From the human T2T-CHM13v2.0 reference genome, Homo sapiens: 64,000 nucleotides of DNA. Within the stretch, counting starts at the first letter, position 1; each line of letters starts with the position of its first letter. The notes below the pieces were generated by a model. That model ran no database searches. It was not told where the DNA came from and saw nothing but the letters and a program-made list of their open reading frames with translations. Location of the stretch: NCBI RefSeq assembly GCF_009914755.1, contig NC_060929.1; one strand, given 5' to 3'. Shown here piece by piece: positions 58,581 through 64,000 of this stretch. Position numbers and translations under genes: made by a program.

Positions 58581-59439
58581 AGAATGATGCCTAATTTCTC
58601 TAAAAGAGTTTTCTACTCTTTTTCATATTTTAACCTTCTCATTCTATGTGTGATTTCTTTCCTTGTCTTATTTCTTTCATTTATAAATTGACTTTTACTA
58701 TGAAGAAAATTCAGTGTAAATTATATTCAATCTGGCTCATCAATCTTCAAGATTATATAAAATATACTGCTCATTAAAGTTGCTGAGAAGTTACATTTTC
58801 AGGCTATTTTGTAAAATTATGTAGAGAACAACTTATCCAAATATATACAAACATATTTGATTAGAAATTTACTCAGGCAGGATTTTAAGTTTTTGTTGGA
58901 TTTCCTTTAAAATTATGAAATATTTGCGGGGATGTAATCCTTTACTCTCTTCTCAAAGATCTTAATCCCAGAGAAGTAAATTATATTACCAGAGACAAGA
59001 GATGAGTAAATAGCAGATCAGCAATTAGATATGCTTTCATACATAGCCCACATTCTGGGTCCTTTTTCGGTACAGTATAAAACATATATTCAAGCTCAGC
59101 ACCTACTACTTATTATTTAATGGGAACAATAGAGACAAAATTACTGGTACAGAATAAGAGATTAGATTCATTGCAATGACTTTAACTATATTGTATCTAA
59201 AATTCTTCTAAAGAGGTCTAGAAATTATCTTTAAAATGGTACAATTAACAATTATTTTATAATCTGCATTCATTTTGCACAGAGGACTTAAATAATCCAC
59301 TTATGAATTGCTTGAAAGTATTTTACTATGTAAAATAAATATACCACATGCTTTAATTAAAATTAAAAATATGTTCTAAACTGTTAATATTTTCCTAGAT
59401 TAAGTTTTGCTGTAGCTGTGGAGAATAAAAGAAGAATTT

Positions 59440-60324
59440 GGCCAACCACAGTGGCTCATGCCTGTAATCCCAGCACTTTGGGAGGCCAAGGTAGGCAGAT
59501 TGCTTAAACCCAGGAGTTTGAGACCAACCTGGGCAACATAGCTAGAACCCATCTCTACTAAAAATAAAATAAATTAGCCCGGCATGGTGGCTCACACCTG
59601 TGGTCCCAGCTACTTGTTACCGGTGGAAGGTATTCGAGTTACTGGTGGTGAATTTGTATGGGTCTGCAGCAACCTCAATTCTTGCCTCCTCAGGAGAAAG
59701 AATTCAACTGAGGAACATAAGGCACAAAACGAGACTGAGACAACTTTTAGAGCAGGAGTGGAAGTTTATTTTAAAAGGCTTTAGAACAGGAAAAATAGGA
59801 AAGTATGCTTGGAAGAGACCCAAGTGAGCACCAAGGTTAAGTGCCCTGTTTAACCTTGATATTAAAACTTTATAGGCTGGCCCCTTTCCCATGATTCTTC
59901 CCTGTGAGCTGCCTCCATCCTCAGTGCCCTTCTTACCCTTAGGAGGAGGTGAGCATGCTCAGTGTGTTTAGGAAGTTGTGTGCATGCCCATTTGAGGCTT
60001 TTTTTTTTCCCCTTCTTCTGTCATGATCCCCTGGAAGGTCATATTCCATCATTTTGTCTCTTAATGCACCTACCCCGGAAGTTGCTTCTCTCTGGCATCT
60101 GCATTCACCAATTAATGCTGGTGCAACAGGTGTGGATCATCAGGACTGGCTGCCAATTTATCACTTCTAGAGAGGCAATGTGATAATTGCCAAACCACCA
60201 CTGGACATTCCTAGTGGGTGGGGAAGAACCCTCTCCTGCCTCGCTCATGCCTGTCTAACAACCCGTACATACTCAGCAGGGGTAGGCAGGAGGATTGCTT
60301 GAGCCTGGGAAGTCAAGGCTGCAG
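59440..60324 (+). mobile_element. AluJ interrupted by an LTR (parts 59440-59614 and 60270-60324), 3' end missing
   Basis: Alu breaks at cccagctact and resumes tactcagcaggggtaggcaggaggattgcttgagcctggg. Confidence 0.88.
59615..60269 (-). mobile_element. LTR9 (LTR9B-like) solo LTR inserted in the AluJ
   Basis: tg...ca termini; rc ttagacaggcatgagcgaggcaggagagggttcttccccacccactaggaatgtc. Perfect 4-bp TSD tact at 59611-59614 and 60270-60273. Confidence 0.88.
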
Positions 60325-61382
60325 AGAAAATATATGTCCAATAAAATGTATTTATAAAGAAAAAGGATCAACATTAAAATAAAGAGTTGCTTTAGCATTC
60401 ATAAAATCAATTTTACAAAAATCCACATTTGAGTATTTTTATTCTTTTAGACGCTTGATTTAATTCATGTCTTTGTTTCAGAAATGTAATAATTTCTACT
60501 AATGTAAAGATCAGGGCACCAAGTATTTTAAGATTTCTGCTGAAATAAATGTAATATTAGTCTTTTTTTTTCTTTTTTTTGAAGACATAAAAATGGCCTA
60601 TACTAGCGCTCTGGATAAGGTCTAATAGTTTCAAAAATATGAGTACTTGGATATATAGTTAGAAAATTAAGATTAGGGAAAAATAGAAAATGAACTATAA
60701 CATTTTTTACTGCAATTTCTTCCTTCAAATGTAAAGCTAGTAAAGCATTCTTGCCTTTCCCAAATGATAAATATTCTATTTGTGAGTCTGTGGATGTCCA
60801 CATGTCCACGTCTTTCTATGTGTAAATGCTAATTTTACTTATAAAAATAATGTATCAAAGTCCTCAATTTTTAAATTTAACATAAAACATTAGGTAAATT
60901 AATTTCTAGAACAGTATGTATATAGCTTTACCTCAAAATATTTGTTGGTTAAATGTATAACTTAACCTACAAAATTCACTAATGAATACATGTACAATGA
61001 TCAATTTAGTCACTAAAGATATTCAAATAAGTTGTTCTTATTTTGGAACTATCACTTGCAATGCAGTGAGATAAAAGAAACTGAGTTACCAGCCATCACT
61101 TGAAATTTCCAATTAAACTTTGGCATGTGGAAAATTGGCCTCTGTTACAGTATTGCTGATGTCCACTGGAACTTCAAAAAATATATACTTATTGGTAATA
61201 GTGATACATAAATGCAATTGAAATAAGGTCTTTTGCAAGGTACTTTGCTTGGGTGGGGTTGAGAGTTGTTAAAACCTGTTAACACAATCTGAAAGCCAAG
61301 ATAAAATCAAATGTCTTATGCCAGTTTTAGTGACATTCAAATGTTGCACCCATGGCAGAATTTGAAGAGGAGAGTAGTGTAA

Positions 61383-61687
<305 letters not shown>

Positions 61688-64000
61688 TAGATTTCTTAAT
61701 TAAAGCGAAGCTCAGTAGTAAAAATCCTTTCATGCCAGCAAAATGCAAACCAATTTTTGAAAGTGTGCCAAGCAAACAAACAGCCGAGAGTGAAACAAAT
61801 TTTAATCCTACTCTGCCATAACAAAGAAGATCAGGCTGTGGCACTTTTAGAGTTAATTTCAAGATAAACTATTTACAGAGCTTTTGTGTTTTTTTTGTCA
61901 TTTAGAAATCAACATTACAGGGAGAAGTGAGTCCATACCCATCTTTGGACTTCTGTAACTTAGCTTTTACCACTCAATTTACATTTAACACCAAGTCTCA
62001 GATTATTTAGGTAAGATGTAACCATTCAACAATCTGGAGTTAATATTATTGTACATTACTATTGTAAAAATAAAGAGTTATTTTTAACTTAAAATGCCTT
62101 AAATAGGGTTAGATAAGAGCATCTTGAAAGGCAGAACAGAATAAATGACAACATAGTAGCTGGAAAGAAGTAGAAATGGCTTAGTTCAGAAGTGTTTATA
62201 TTTTTGTTTTTCTCTTATCCTCTTGTATTTAATGGAATAGAGAGTATACAGGATGCAATGAAAGATACATCAACACCGATTCAGAAGAAATGAAAACAAA
62301 GCAATTAGTCACAATAATATAACACAATTCTACATCATGGAAAATTTGGAGCTGGAAACGTGGCAGAGACATCAGGTAATGAAACCATTTTCCATAGCCT
62401 CAGTGGACGTTAGAATGCTGTTAGATATTTATAAACGTATGTTTTGCCTGGAAGGAGTCTCCGTTTTCGACAAATATTCTGAAGTATATACATACAATAA
62501 ATGTGTTAATCATTTTTTTTCAGCCCTTCTCATTAACCTTTCCTCTACAGAGTACTGAATTGACCCATCTAATTTATTTTCCTCCACAGTCACTCAAGAA
62601 GCATTCTTCCATTTCTTGGCTAGTAATTTGGACTTTTTTGATGTCTAGGCAGTAGGATAAGAGGTTAATTTGAAAGAGAAGGACGGCATTAAGGCTAGAG
62701 CTCAGACAGAATTGATTTTGAGAATGTTTTATAAAGTTATAGAATAAGGTATATGAAAAAGTAGATGGTGGAATCATTATTACGGCAGGCTATGTATGTT
62801 GCCTTTTCACCACCTAAACAATCAAAAACAGTATTCATTTTTTTCTCTAAATTGCATTTTGGTGGTAAATGGGATGTGTTTTTAACCAAGAAGCACTCTG
62901 ACATAGAAAAAGAAATGTGATGTCCTGTTTTCAATAGGAAATGTATACAGTATGCACATATATTTGTGTATTCTTCTGAAATCAGTTTATCTTTATATCC
63001 ATATTTACATCCTTAAACATATCAATATTTTATACCTCTGACACAGTTTGAAAGTGATTAAAGTTTGCAGCACGTATAGTTTATTGGGTTGCAACTATAA
63101 AATAATTATTTTCAGATTTGTAAGATGACGATAAAAAATGTAATGCATGTTTATAAAATGTTCACCGTAAATTAGGCCCTTTACTTACATTCCTTTCACT
63201 TCTTTATAATAACTAATAATATTGCCTTCATTTAAGTGGCTCACACATAGTGTGTGACTCACTCACTATTTGTATTCCTGTGTGAAGTACAAATATATAT
63301 ATATATGTTAACTTCCCAAATAAAATATTTCATTGAGAGAAGATAGTGAATTAAATGGATTTTTTATTACAGGCAACATCTAAGCTAGCAAAAACAGGAT
63401 GAGTAATTGATTAAACTGTTTGATTCCTTAAGAAAAAGTATGCATGCAAGTACAGTACCTTATTCTCCATAGTTTTTAACATTCGTATCCAGTAAAACTT
63501 CAAATCTTATTTATAAGGAAGTAGATTAGAAACCTTTAATATATTGTAGGTATTCTTTAAAAATCAATTCTTCCTCCTTCACTTTCCCTCCAAAACAAAC
63601 TTTGATTTGCAAAACTTAGTAATAAGTAATCACCATTTATTTGCTGCTATGAAAAATAACTAAAAATATGATATTTTGACCTTTTAAAATATCAAATCAT
63701 TTATTCTAACCTTTCAGAAATCAAATTTGTCACACTATATTTGAAAAATAACATAGAACTATAATTTCAGTTACATTTATTGTACACTCTGAATCTCATT
63801 TCAAGAGAAAATTAACTAATGTGGGAGTAAACACTGCCTACTACTGCCCTAAGTTTAACCTCTTTTGATATATTCATCAATCTGTTAATTATTATTCATC
63901 AAAAGTACTGTGTGATTAGAGAGATTAGAAAAATAGGGCCAGAGAACCCACAATAGCAGCAATAGAGACAACAGCAGTAAGATCACCAGCTGTTACTACC

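Noticed and set aside
63241-63257. Inverted repeat tcacaca-tag-tgtgtga resembling a T-box palindrome
   Set aside because: A 7-bp stem with non-canonical spacing is expected by chance in 64 kb.

Overview
This is primate (human-like) genomic DNA: AT-rich, repeat-dense, and intergenic or deep intronic. I see no intact protein-coding gene, RNA gene or prokaryotic-type system. Essentially every ORF in the track is an L1 ORF2 fragment, Alu-derived, ERV-derived or chance. Main contents: (1) a decayed RPS2 processed pseudogene (3361-4265) nested in a MIR inside an L2, with a 5'-inverted L1PA inserted at its 5' edge; (2) several L1 copies of different ages (L1MA, L1MD, L1PB-like, L1PA3-16), many with readable target-site duplications (TSDs); (3) about 15 Alu/FAM elements; (4) a class III (ERVL/LTR40-type) provirus remnant that still carries a recognisable env transmembrane-subunit relic; (5) a dense ERV1/MER4-group LTR cluster from about 46 to 60 kb. 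The most interesting signals are evolutionary: the env relic, a chimeric Alu that looks like an Alu-recombination deletion scar, multi-layer nested insertions, and a possible micro 3' transduction. Subfamily names were recognised by eye from remembered consensus sequences and need RepeatMasker/Dfam confirmation. Boundaries of old repeats are approximate.
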